Assembly: GCA_964455875.1 (NCBI GenBank)
Contig: CAYVYZ010000002.1
Span: 655-64,654 of the forward strand
Reading direction: 5' to 3'
Length of the DNA: 64,000 nt
Origin: an uncultured Planctomycetia bacterium
Lineage (GTDB): Bacteria; Omnitrophota; Gorgyraeia; Duberdicusellales; 4484-171
Under the pieces are notes generated by a model. That model had not been told where the DNA came from. It searched no databases and was given only the letters and a program-made list of their open reading frames with translations. A program made the position numbers and the translations under genes. Below are positions 18,816 to 27,901 of this stretch, piece after piece. The first letter of the stretch is position 1. The number at the start of each line of letters is the position of its first letter.

Positions 18816-19127
18816 TCAGTCCCCCTTAATAACCTTTTTCCAATTACGGACAGGTTTTTTATTTTCTAACATCAGCCTTCTTTCGGTATTAGCCACTATA
18901 TTTTCATATTCCTCCTCAGAATAATTAATAACATTCTCCCCACAGTTGCCGCAATAAACATCATCTCCAAATTCGCCACTCTCACCGTCGTGATAATCTA
19001 TTTCACCGTAATCCACAACCTCACCTTCTTTATCAATATAAACTTCTTGTGTTCCGTAAGAAGTAACATCCTGTGTGGTTGTAAAGTTTTCTGCTTCTCC
19101 ACACTCCTCACAATAATACGGCATCAT
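18816..19127 (-). CDS. NWK-tail family protein (member 4) with an N-terminal zinc ribbon and an acidic middle
   Basis: CEECG...CGNCG, ending in ...VRNWKKVIKGD. Confidence 0.45.
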   Translation of the reverse strand: MMPYYCEECGEAENFTTTQDVTSYGTQEVYIDKEGEVVDYGEIDYHDGESGEFGDDVYCGNCGENVINYSEEEYENIVANTERRLMLENKKPVRNWKKVIKGD

Positions 19128-19920
19128 TACCACCTCCAAAAATAGAGCCTTCCACAACAGGTTCTTTTTCTAAATCGTATGATGTTTTCCTAATTTTAAC
19201 ATTTATAATATCATTAGCAGGAGCTTCTGTATTGCCTATATAAGTCTTAACATAATCTTTTCCTTTAATATAATTAACTATATTACTGACTATTTTCCCA
19301 GCGAGTTCATTATTTACTGGGGCACAAGCTTTCTCTCCACAGGCTAATTCAGTTACCTTTCCGTGTGTAAGTGATTTCTCATATTCTTCAACTTCCTTTT
19401 TTTCTCGGCAATCAATAAGATAGTGTCGCATATTGAACATTCCAATCCTACCATCAACCCAGATAATGGGATAATCTTTTAACTTATCAAACAACATTTT
19501 CCTTGCTTCAAAGGAATCAAAGAAACAACAATATATCGTGTCCGGTAAAGGAATGACTTCTGTTTCTTCATTTATTTCCTCGTTAATAGTTATAATGTTT
19601 GTTAATCCTGCTTCATTTTTTAAAATCTCAGCCATCGCCTCAACTTTAGGCATACCAATTTGTTGAAAATTGTATGCCTGTGGCGAAATGTTCTCACTAC
19701 TGACTTTATCCCTATCTATTAATTCAATATTTTTGAACCCTGTCTTTGCTAATATCCTTGCGACGTGGGAACCAACACTTCCAACACCGAAAACTTTAAT
19801 AGTGTATTGATTAATCTTATCAGGTATTAGTTTTGCCTGCCTGCTTAAATCAAGCTCATTTACCTCTTCTTCTTTTTCTTCTTCTTGCTTTTCTCCTTCT
19901 TTTTCGTTTTTTTCCTCCAT
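19108..19920 (-). CDS. E1-like adenylyltransferase (ThiF/MoeB/UbaA family)
   Basis: IKVFGVGSVGSHVARILAKTGFKNIELIDRDKVSSENISPQ is a Rossmann fold with the DxDxV..SNL.RQ-like element. A Cys pair, ACGEKAC, lies downstream. The poly-Glu N-terminus overlaps the upstream gene. Confidence 0.65.
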   Translation of the reverse strand: MEEKNEKEGEKQEEEKEEEVNELDLSRQAKLIPDKINQYTIKVFGVGSVGSHVARILAKTGFKNIELIDRDKVSSENISPQAYNFQQIGMPKVEAMAEILKNEAGLTNIITINEEINEETEVIPLPDTIYCCFFDSFEARKMLFDKLKDYPIIWVDGRIGMFNMRHYLIDCREKKEVEEYEKSLTHGKVTELACGEKACAPVNNELAGKIVSNIVNYIKGKDYVKTYIGNTEAPANDIINVKIRKTSYDLEKEPVVEGSIFGGGNDAVLL

Positions 19921-21458
19921 TTTTTCCCCTCCTTTTTAGTTTTACTCGTATCTGTCCTTGCTATAGATTTTGCGGAAAAATTATTTTTTTCTTCTGGTAA
20001 CCCATTATCATTAACTCCTGTTAAATCCATTAAGGTTTGTTCTTGGTATTCATCAATAATCCTATCCACTATTTTAGCAATATGAACTCCGAATACTTCA
20101 AGGCTATGCCAAGTTGGGTCAAGCATAAGACTTCCTAAAATGTGGTTTTCATTATCATAAACCGAAGCAACCTCACAATCTGGCGCCGCCTCGCTCCAAA
20201 CAACTTTTAAGTCCCTGTTAATTTCTAATTGATTAATAATGGTATCAACTAATTCGGGCTCATCATACACCACTATTTTATCCCCCTCCTTGTTTTGTTC
20301 AATAAATCCTCTTTTTGGTTGTTCCGTATTAACTTCCTGAATTAATTGTTGTAAGTTTTTATCACCGTAATCCCCGTTTTCTTCTTCTATTTTCTCTAAA
20401 TCACACCACTCCTTTAATAGGAGTTTATTATAATTAATGAATAATTGGAGGAGTTTCTTTCTAAATTTATTAAAACTTTTCGGCGCAGGCTGTAATTTAA
20501 ACACGGTTCTCGCACCATCCTTAAAAGTTAATTCTGTTGGGTTTGGCCTAACAACATCTCCAAGGAAATTATTAGGACGAATAGCGTTCTTTAATATTTG
20601 TTTGAAATCTTGCCCTGTTTTAACCACACAACCGCCGTGTTTAAACTCCATACTTACCTGCTCGTTCTCAGCAGGAGAGAATTCAAAACCGTAGCTGGTT
20701 TTTATAAGGTTATTATCTACATAGAGCCGTTGGTCTTTTCTTTCCTCTTCAACATTCCCAAAAAGTTTTTTAAGGGCCTCAACATCGCTTTCCAAAATCA
20801 CTTTCTCACTCCTATTATAATTATAGTTATAATTATAGTTATTGCCTCCGTGATAATAGGTGTGAGTATAAGGGAGAGCTTTACCGTAGTCAAACACCCC
20901 CCGAGAAACCGGTCTCTCAACAACACATTTTTTCTTTATTGCCTCACATATCCTTGCTAACTCTTTATCTTCTGGGGAACACTCATAAAATATGTTTATT
21001 CTTTCGTTTAGGATTGTAACTCTTATTGGGTTACGAATATCAATTCTTACCTCTTTCTTCATCTCTCCATTATCCCAAGCAGTTTGTAAGAAGATAAAGT
21101 AAGGACGCTTTGCGTCGGCATCCATAAAAGTATCAAAGGTTTCATCTTCATCGGTAGAAGAACAACTTGGGCTACCCCCTGGGTGACGGTGCCAATAAAA
21201 GTTTATTTTACCCAATTCTTTCGTTGGAACTTCCTGTATAATATTCTTCCACATCTCTCCTGTGAAATGAACCGTTGCTCCGGTAACATATTGTTTGGGA
21301 TAATAAAGCTTATCAACATAAAAATATTTATTTCCGTCAACGGTTCTAATTCTGACGGTGCCAACAGCCCCTATCTCTGTGTCTAAATGTTCGGTAAACC
21401 ACTTTATTTGCCTATGGACATTATAGGCTAACATTACATTTGCCTTAAACTCTGACAT
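19860..21458 (-). CDS. JAMM/MPN+ metalloprotease domain fused to a ~360-aa domain of unknown function
   Basis: TEIGAVGTV...YWHRHPGGSPSCSSTDED matches E...HxHx7Sx2D. An NYNYNYNYN linker follows, and the C-terminus is a poly-Lys tail. Confidence 0.65.
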   Translation of the reverse strand: MSEFKANVMLAYNVHRQIKWFTEHLDTEIGAVGTVRIRTVDGNKYFYVDKLYYPKQYVTGATVHFTGEMWKNIIQEVPTKELGKINFYWHRHPGGSPSCSSTDEDETFDTFMDADAKRPYFIFLQTAWDNGEMKKEVRIDIRNPIRVTILNERINIFYECSPEDKELARICEAIKKKCVVERPVSRGVFDYGKALPYTHTYYHGGNNYNYNYNYNRSEKVILESDVEALKKLFGNVEEERKDQRLYVDNNLIKTSYGFEFSPAENEQVSMEFKHGGCVVKTGQDFKQILKNAIRPNNFLGDVVRPNPTELTFKDGARTVFKLQPAPKSFNKFRKKLLQLFINYNKLLLKEWCDLEKIEEENGDYGDKNLQQLIQEVNTEQPKRGFIEQNKEGDKIVVYDEPELVDTIINQLEINRDLKVVWSEAAPDCEVASVYDNENHILGSLMLDPTWHSLEVFGVHIAKIVDRIIDEYQEQTLMDLTGVNDNGLPEEKNNFSAKSIARTDTSKTKKEGKKWRKKTKKKEKSKKKKKKKR

Positions 21459-21477
21459 TTTTTTCCCTCCGAGTGTT

Positions 21478-23049
21478 TTAAAACACTTTCATTCCTTTAA
21501 ATTTCTTAATATTAATGTTATAATCATCCGCTTTCATAAGCTTTCTTTGTTCGCCTGTTTTAATCCTATCTTTATCATTAATCATTATTCTGTTTCCTTT
21601 CTCATCCCAAATCGGATAACCGTGTTGTAACCTGTTATCATAAAAATCCCATATCTTAACATAAGCGCCTTCATTTCTATATGTTTTAATCCAAAACCAT
21701 AATAAGGTGGCTAAATCAACAAACTTATTAAAGGATAAACATTCATAAATCTTATTCCTCCCATCACCACTACCAAAGCAAGGAGTGCCACCATGGGAGT
21801 CAGCATGTGGGTGGGGATGTCCATCAATATCGGTTTCTCCCTTAACTTTGAAACCATCGGGGGTTATGACAATTTCTATCCAACCCAAGTAACAAATTCT
21901 CTTACCAAGCTTCTTCCCCATATCGCTCCTTTTGAAATTTGGTATTGTTATGGTAGCAGGCTTAAATTTAATACATATACCGTCGTATTGTAAATCAATT
22001 TCATCAACAAACGGTAATTTTTTCACCTTATTAACCTCATTAAATATGGTTTTGCCAGAGGTATTAATAGTATTGGATATAAATATTTTCTCCTGCTCTA
22101 AACGATTTAACCTATCAAATAACAGCCTAATATTATTTTCGTTACTTGAAATATCTCTTGTTATCCTTTTTTTATCCTGTTTTATTTCTTCTAACTTCTC
22201 CCTTGCTCTCTTTAAGAACCCAGAAATAAAAATCTTTTTTTGTAAGGTAGTAATATTGGTTTTGACAGGTTTAAGAGATTTTAAGACGGCAAACAAATCT
22301 TTTAATGGTTTTGATATTTCTGTTTGAAGGGGAAGAATTTTTCTTATTAAGAAAGGATTATAATATAGTCTTATCAGGTTTCTTTCTTTAAAATATCTTC
22401 CTATGAGAATATTGTTTCCTATCTTAATATCAATTATTTTTTCTCCTTCAAAAGGACTAATGAAGGGAGCTTCATAAACAACTTTAAATTCTTCTTTGTT
22501 AGGTATATCAGTTACATCCCCATATTTATTATACAACAAATCGTTCATCCTTGTATAGAATCCTGGTGGAACTTCCTTTTTAATTCTACCATCAACCCCG
22601 GTATCAAAGACAAGGGTAATCTTTTTATTAATAGTAGCATTTCTTTTAAGGTTAAAAATAGAAGTTACTACCTCAATACCAAGCTCCTTGAACTTTTTAT
22701 CTAAAAGCTTTAATATGAGGGGGTTTCCATCAAGTCCATTAAATTTCTCTTTATAATCAAACATATTTTTAAAGACGGTTTTAGAAACATCTTCGGGCCT
22801 CAGGCTCTTCATAGTTTTTACCTTTTTAATCAACCTATCAATTAATTTAATGGCTTCTCTTCCCTCATAATTAATTTCTTTATCATTCATCCTAATTTTT
22901 CCAAGTAATTCTTTGCCTTTTGTAAACTGAAAGGTTTCATTATCAAGCCATTTTTCCTTGCCTTTTTTTCCTAACTTATTCACCACAATCCTTAAAATAT
23001 TTTCTATTAAATAAGGGTTATCATCCTTAAATTTTTTCACTTTACTCAT
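21478..23049 (-). CDS. hypothetical large protein
   Basis: 523 aa. The only notable element is DGHPHPHADSHGGTPCFGSGDG. Confidence 0.45.
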   Translation of the reverse strand: MSKVKKFKDDNPYLIENILRIVVNKLGKKGKEKWLDNETFQFTKGKELLGKIRMNDKEINYEGREAIKLIDRLIKKVKTMKSLRPEDVSKTVFKNMFDYKEKFNGLDGNPLILKLLDKKFKELGIEVVTSIFNLKRNATINKKITLVFDTGVDGRIKKEVPPGFYTRMNDLLYNKYGDVTDIPNKEEFKVVYEAPFISPFEGEKIIDIKIGNNILIGRYFKERNLIRLYYNPFLIRKILPLQTEISKPLKDLFAVLKSLKPVKTNITTLQKKIFISGFLKRAREKLEEIKQDKKRITRDISSNENNIRLLFDRLNRLEQEKIFISNTINTSGKTIFNEVNKVKKLPFVDEIDLQYDGICIKFKPATITIPNFKRSDMGKKLGKRICYLGWIEIVITPDGFKVKGETDIDGHPHPHADSHGGTPCFGSGDGRNKIYECLSFNKFVDLATLLWFWIKTYRNEGAYVKIWDFYDNRLQHGYPIWDEKGNRIMINDKDRIKTGEQRKLMKADDYNINIKKFKGMKVF

Positions 23050-23117
23050 AATATCCCCTCCTTCTTTTTTTATAGGAGTATTTGAACATAAAAAAAAAAT
23101 AAAAAAGAGTTTTCGGC

Positions 23118-23495
23118 TTAAGCTGACTTAATCTCGGGTGAGATTATGTAAGTTTCGCCGTTAACAACCTCCGAAGAAAGTCTTACCGTTTCTCCTGTTG
23201 ATTTTGCGGTCACTGATTCCTTGCTGTCGTCAAATGTGTAACCTGATTGCTCAATAAGTTCCTCAACAGTAGCTCCTTCTGGCAACAAACAGGTTTCAAC
23301 GCCATTTACACCGATTCTTCCTATAGACGCTTCAATAGCGCCTTCTATTGGCCTACTCCTTCTCCTGCTGGTTGTTGTTCCAGAACCTTGTGCGTTATAG
23401 GCTCTGGTTATTGCTGCCTTTTGTCCGGGCAACAAGTCGTCAAAATCCTCGCCATACATTCTGTTGGCAAGGGCGTTCTTTGACATCCTTGGCAT
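23118..23495 (-). CDS. hypothetical protein with a possible C-terminal beta-grasp (ThiS/MoaD-like) segment
   Basis: ...EGATVEELIEQSGYTFDD...GETVRLSSEVVNGETYIISPEIKSA. There is no terminal Gly-Gly. The gene is locally GC-rich. Confidence 0.3.
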   Translation of the reverse strand: MPRMSKNALANRMYGEDFDDLLPGQKAAITRAYNAQGSGTTTSRRRSRPIEGAIEASIGRIGVNGVETCLLPEGATVEELIEQSGYTFDDSKESVTAKSTGETVRLSSEVVNGETYIISPEIKSA

Positions 23496-23555
23496 ATTAC
23501 CACCTCCAAGTTTTTTATGCCGTTGTTAAATCCCTACAACTCTTAGGGATAAACA

Positions 23556-24233
23556 TTATTTACGAATTTTAAGGACATCATATATTCCAAAAAACATACC
23601 ATTATACATCCTTCCGTAAGGAATTCTAACTAAAGCATAACCATTATTCCAAGCAACCTGCTGAATGTAAGACTCAATTTCGTAAAGGTCTTGATGAGTA
23701 TAAGCTACTTTCGTGCCTTTTCTATAACAGAATGTAAAGGCTAAAACACTATCATTAGCAGGAAGCTTATAATCAAAATATTTTTTAATATCCGACTTTG
23801 GATTAACCTCGCTATTCCCCTTAATAGAACAACAATAATCAAACCAAATACCGCCACACTTATTTTTCCCCTCTTTTTTAATCATATCAAAATAATCGCC
23901 TAACCACATATCGTATGTAGCATTATGATATTTTTTAATCTTATCAAAGGCGTTGGTAGGGTTTGGAACCTCCACTCTCTTAATACCATACTTTTTTAAT
24001 GTTTTAAGGGTTAATAGGGCTTCGCTTTCAAGCACTACAAAGAATTCTTTTCCCTTGTTTCTTAATTTAAAGGCTTCGGCAACTCTTTTATTGTTCTCTT
24101 TTTTTATTGGGTTTTTTGAAAGCTTCCTATCATATTTTTCTCTTTTTCTTTTCATCTTCGCCCCCTTATTTATCCAAAACCATTTTTTACCCATAATATC
24201 CCTCTTAATATGGTTTAATCTGTTTTTATTCAC
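23556..24233 (-). CDS. hypothetical protein
   Basis: 225 aa with a basic N-terminus. Confidence 0.4.
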   Translation of the reverse strand: MNKNRLNHIKRDIMGKKWFWINKGAKMKRKREKYDRKLSKNPIKKENNKRVAEAFKLRNKGKEFFVVLESEALLTLKTLKKYGIKRVEVPNPTNAFDKIKKYHNATYDMWLGDYFDMIKKEGKNKCGGIWFDYCCSIKGNSEVNPKSDIKKYFDYKLPANDSVLAFTFCYRKGTKVAYTHQDLYEIESYIQQVAWNNGYALVRIPYGRMYNGMFFGIYDVLKIRK

Positions 24234-24276
24234 TCTTGAATAGTAGTATTTATAAAGATTATGTTTTTAAATGGGA

Positions 24277-24510
24277 CTACACCTTAATCCTCTTTTTCCA
24301 ATTCTTTATTGGTGGCTCGTGCCTTCTTGCTATCATTTCGCCTGTAATAACATAACCGGCGTCAATATTATAGTAACGGTTAGTGGTAGTTGGTATTATA
24401 CCTGTAATAATAACTTTCTTTCCCGCAAGATTTTCGGAAATGTTTTTCTCTCTTAACTTTTTTTTGTTCTTTATTAATATCACTTCATCATATATTCTTA
24501 TATTACTCAT
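24277..24510 (-). CDS. NWK-tail family small protein (member 5)
   Basis: Ends in ...PPIKNWKKRIKV. Confidence 0.45.
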   Translation of the reverse strand: MSNIRIYDEVILIKNKKKLREKNISENLAGKKVIITGIIPTTTNRYYNIDAGYVITGEMIARRHEPPIKNWKKRIKV

Positions 24511-24538
24511 CTTCCTAAACTCCTCCTATTTTTTTTCA

Positions 24539-25162
24539 TTATAAGCCTTCCATTTTAAGTATTCTGCTTTTTTGACCTGAATGTTTATGAAATCCTTGTG
24601 GTATCTTAACAAGGTTACCATACTTTCTTCCCTCGTTCAACTCTGTTTGTTTTGGGAAAACCTCGTGATAACCAAGCCCAACCCTATTTAACCGTGATTT
24701 AACAAGCTTCTGCCCAAACGAAGCTTGAACAGGATTTTTAAAGAATATCCATATATGATAGCCACGCCTACCACTAAATTCAAGTATTCTGGGAAAATCT
24801 TCAAAAAGGTCAAAGATGATGTTGGCTTCTGCCTTGACCCGGCGTAATTCTGCCTCTTCTTCTTTGAACCCACATTTTGGACAAACCCATTTCCAATCCT
24901 TTTCATCAATATAAACTCCTTTATCACGGCACTTCTTACATTTCTTCTTAATATCAATATCAATACAAGCCCACTTAATAGTGTTGTCGTGATTAAGGCA
25001 GTATAGTCCATAAGTTTCTTTTCCTGACATATGATTTTCAATATCCTCAAGAGTTATTGGCCTTCTTTCTGGATAATAATAGCCACCGGGCTGTTGTTTA
25101 GCAAAAACATCTTTCCTATGAACAAAAATGTTAAATATTTCTTCTGCGGATAGCTTTATCAT
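24539..25162 (-). CDS. archaeo-eukaryotic primase-type primase-polymerase (PrimPol-like) with an inserted zinc ribbon
   Basis: CIDIDIKK (DxD), CKKCRD...CPKCG, GRRGYHIWIFF (sGxGyH) and LVKIP. Confidence 0.6.
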   Translation of the reverse strand: MIKLSAEEIFNIFVHRKDVFAKQQPGGYYYPERRPITLEDIENHMSGKETYGLYCLNHDNTIKWACIDIDIKKKCKKCRDKGVYIDEKDWKWVCPKCGFKEEEAELRRVKAEANIIFDLFEDFPRILEFSGRRGYHIWIFFKNPVQASFGQKLVKSRLNRVGLGYHEVFPKQTELNEGRKYGNLVKIPQGFHKHSGQKSRILKMEGL

Positions 25163-25401
25163 CTGTTTAACACCTCTCTCCAATTAATTTTGGCAGGAAT
25201 AAAATGCTTTGGGTCTTCAACAAAATCCCGTATCCAACCACCTTTTAAATCTCCTTCTATTTCTGGAAAATAATATAAAAAACCGTCGTGTTGAACCGTA
25301 TAAATTTTATCCTTAATAAAAAATTTGGAGGCTATACTATTTCCTGGATTAACACATTTCAGTTTTGTGCCTTCTTTATACTTGTGTTTTGGTTTCCACA
25401 T
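25159..25401 (-). CDS. NWK-tail family small protein (member 6)
   Basis: Ends in ...AKINWREVLNR. Confidence 0.45.
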   Translation of the reverse strand: MWKPKHKYKEGTKLKCVNPGNSIASKFFIKDKIYTVQHDGFLYYFPEIEGDLKGGWIRDFVEDPKHFIPAKINWREVLNR

Positions 25402-25469
25402 CTTTTAAACCCCATCAATTTTTTATAATATTTCTCTCCTATGTTTTTTTTGATTATATTCCTTTTTTA

Positions 25470-26234
25470 TCAATTCTTAAAAATGTTTGTTGCCCCCTCT
25501 TTTAGTAAATCTTCATAAGGGATAATTCTTCTTAACCGTGGTTGAAATGGTTTTTTATCAGGTGTTAAAAAACAATATTCTATTTCCGCATACGGTTTTT
25601 TATTAAGGAATTTTAAATAATTAAAAAATTCAACCAATTTTATTGAATTAGCCGAACACTTTACTTTAATACCGTTTCTACTTAACAAAAAAGCTCCTTT
25701 ACTCTTCCCTTTAATATGGGTTATTATGGGGAGTTTTTCTTCAATAAGCCTTTTACACTTATACATTACTTTACTATTCATATCTTTTAATACTAATCCT
25801 TCAGTATTGTTTTTAAGGACAAAATTCCACCCCTCCTCAAAAGTCTTAAATCTTTTAGGATAAGATAAGTGTTTAAACCCCTTTATTATTTCCTCTATTT
25901 TCATTCTTTTAGTCATAACATCTGCTTCCCTAAAATTTTTTCCTTCAAATTCTAAAATATCAAAGATATAATATTTTGTCCTCCCCCAATTAATTTTTTT
26001 ATTTAATAATAAAACATTCCCCCAAGGGATAGCGATTTCTCCTATAAAAAACCCATTAAGATTTTTTAATTCTTTTAATATGTGAGGAAACTTATGATTT
26101 TGATTAATCCACCTCTTATCAGATAACAACACTCCTTTATTGTAATAAACACACCCGCCATCAACTTTTTCCTCAATAAGGAAATTTTTTAATTTCTTTG
26201 CTTCCTCAACACCAATTTGTAATATTCCTGACAT
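25470..26234 (-). CDS. ATP-dependent DNA ligase, minimal type
   Basis: EEKVDGG (the KxDG motif), FIGEIA, YIFDIL, EGLVLKD and a lysine-rich motif V. Confidence 0.7.
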   Translation of the reverse strand: MSGILQIGVEEAKKLKNFLIEEKVDGGCVYYNKGVLLSDKRWINQNHKFPHILKELKNLNGFFIGEIAIPWGNVLLLNKKINWGRTKYYIFDILEFEGKNFREADVMTKRMKIEEIIKGFKHLSYPKRFKTFEEGWNFVLKNNTEGLVLKDMNSKVMYKCKRLIEEKLPIITHIKGKSKGAFLLSRNGIKVKCSANSIKLVEFFNYLKFLNKKPYAEIEYCFLTPDKKPFQPRLRRIIPYEDLLKEGATNIFKN

Positions 26235-26238
26235 CTTT

Positions 26239-26649
26239 TCATCTCATAAACTCAATAAACTTTTTACCTGAAATCTTTGCTCCCCATACAGGAGGGATTT
26301 CAAGCCTTTCTTTTATCAAATCATAAGATAGTCCTTCATCAACCATAGCCCTAATCCCAGGTAAAAAATAATTATTATAAAAATCTTCTCCTAATTTTTC
26401 AATAATTTTATTATAACTCCTATAACTAATAGTTTTTTTCTTTTTTCTTTCGGCACATCTTTTAAGATTAGAATAGGAAAAACCACCACCTCCACCTTTC
26501 CTCTTATGTTTCTTTGCTATTGCTCCCATAACAGCTATTAAATATCCGTATTCTTTGGCTTGGTTTTCATCTATTCCTTTTTTAATTGCCTGACAATAAT
26601 TATAGACGGCAAAAATGTCAAATTTTCCTATTAAAACATCCTCAAACAT
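26239..26649 (-). CDS. hypothetical protein
   Basis: 136 aa. Confidence 0.35.
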   Translation of the reverse strand: MFEDVLIGKFDIFAVYNYCQAIKKGIDENQAKEYGYLIAVMGAIAKKHKRKGGGGGFSYSNLKRCAERKKKKTISYRSYNKIIEKLGEDFYNNYFLPGIRAMVDEGLSYDLIKERLEIPPVWGAKISGKKFIEFMR

Positions 26650-26941
26650 TTTTTATCCTCCTCATTTTTTTATTTAATTTTTTTCCGATATCTCCCAACC
26701 CCTTGTCAATTTTGAGTATTTCTCTACCAAAACGGGTAACGGTCACCTTATCATCATAAAAATTTATTTCGGTGTTTTCAGCCTCAATATTTCTTTCGCA
26801 CTCTTCCCTATCAATACAATAATATTCCCCCAGTATTAATTGAAGGTTTGTTCGTGTAGAACCGTCCTCTTCCATAATAATTACTTCCCTACCATTACAA
26901 TTCTTACACCTCTTATTTGGGTTAGTAAAAATTTTAACCAT
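26642..26941 (-). CDS. hypothetical zinc-binding protein
   Basis: CKNCNG...C..REEC. Confidence 0.35.
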   Translation of the reverse strand: MVKIFTNPNKRCKNCNGREVIIMEEDGSTRTNLQLILGEYYCIDREECERNIEAENTEINFYDDKVTVTRFGREILKIDKGLGDIGKKLNKKMRRIKNV

Positions 26942-27080
26942 TTATATCACCTCGTTGCCAAGCCTTAAGTTCTTTTATTATTTCCTCAAAGCTAACAGGA
27001 CGAAAATCCCAAACATCAACCCCAACATTTTATAATATTCTCGTGCCCAAAATGATAATCCGAGGTAAACCAATACCTTT

Positions 27081-27698
27081 TTAGTCCTCAAAACTGAATT
27101 CTTTTTCCTTATCAAAACTGAATTCTTCTTCGCCTCCAATAATGAATAAGTCGTTGAAGGCAACATCTTTCCCATAACAAACATCAGCAAGGGATTTAAG
27201 AGTTTCCTCTTTCTGTTTCAGCTTTTTCTCATACTCTATCCCTTTATGAGTAACAAAATTGATTAACCTCATAACATCGTCCTCGTAAATATGTCCTTTA
27301 TAACTAATTCTACCAAGGCGACATACTAAACAACTAACAACCGTGTATTTCCCCTCTGCTGTTTTAAAAGGTTTTGACTCAACCCATATATGTCCCGGAC
27401 ATTCTTTCAGTTCTCTCATCAACTGCCTTTTAAAGTCAAGTTCGTCGGCATCCATTTTCTTTTCCACCTCCAACAAATCCTTTTTAATCTGTTCGTATAA
27501 TGGATTAGTATAGGGCTTTCTCTTAATAATGTATTTGGAAAGACAAACATTACAAATATAGTCCTTGTCTTTTGGAGAATAGGGGTCTTCCATCACAGGT
27601 TTCTCATCTTTCCAAATATCGCCGTTCTTACAACTATCACAATATTCCTCTTGTTCGTGTTTTGGTTTAACTAATCCGTTAATATGGTGTTTTATCAT
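27081..27698 (-). CDS. hypothetical Cys-rich protein with a C-terminal EFSF repeat
   Basis: CDSC...CNVC...CLVC, with the tail ...EEEFSFDKEKEFSFED. Confidence 0.45.
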   Translation of the reverse strand: MIKHHINGLVKPKHEQEEYCDSCKNGDIWKDEKPVMEDPYSPKDKDYICNVCLSKYIIKRKPYTNPLYEQIKKDLLEVEKKMDADELDFKRQLMRELKECPGHIWVESKPFKTAEGKYTVVSCLVCRLGRISYKGHIYEDDVMRLINFVTHKGIEYEKKLKQKEETLKSLADVCYGKDVAFNDLFIIGGEEEFSFDKEKEFSFED

Positions 27699-27901
27699 TT
27701 TGATATCCCTTTTATTATTGTTGTGTCTAAATACCTAAGGTTATAACCTTGTTTTACTAACCTCTTTTCTTCTTTCTTTATTTCTTTTACCAAGGCATTA
27801 ATCTTTTTCTTCCTTTCTTCTATACCCGCAGAAAGATAATAGGCATCCCTTATCATTCTACCGAGTTCTTCAAACGAACTATCATCCACTAAATTTTTCA
27901 T
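27695..27901 (-). CDS. hypothetical protein
   Basis: 68 aa. Confidence 0.3.
   Translation of the reverse strand: MKNLVDDSSFEELGRMIRDAYYLSAGIEERKKKINALVKEIKKEEKRLVKQGYNLRYLDTTIIKGISK

Noticed and set aside
24688-25050. A minus-strand 120-aa ORF inside the PrimPol gene in another frame
   Set aside because: It overlaps PrimPol completely in an alternative frame, and the PrimPol frame carries the AEP motifs.
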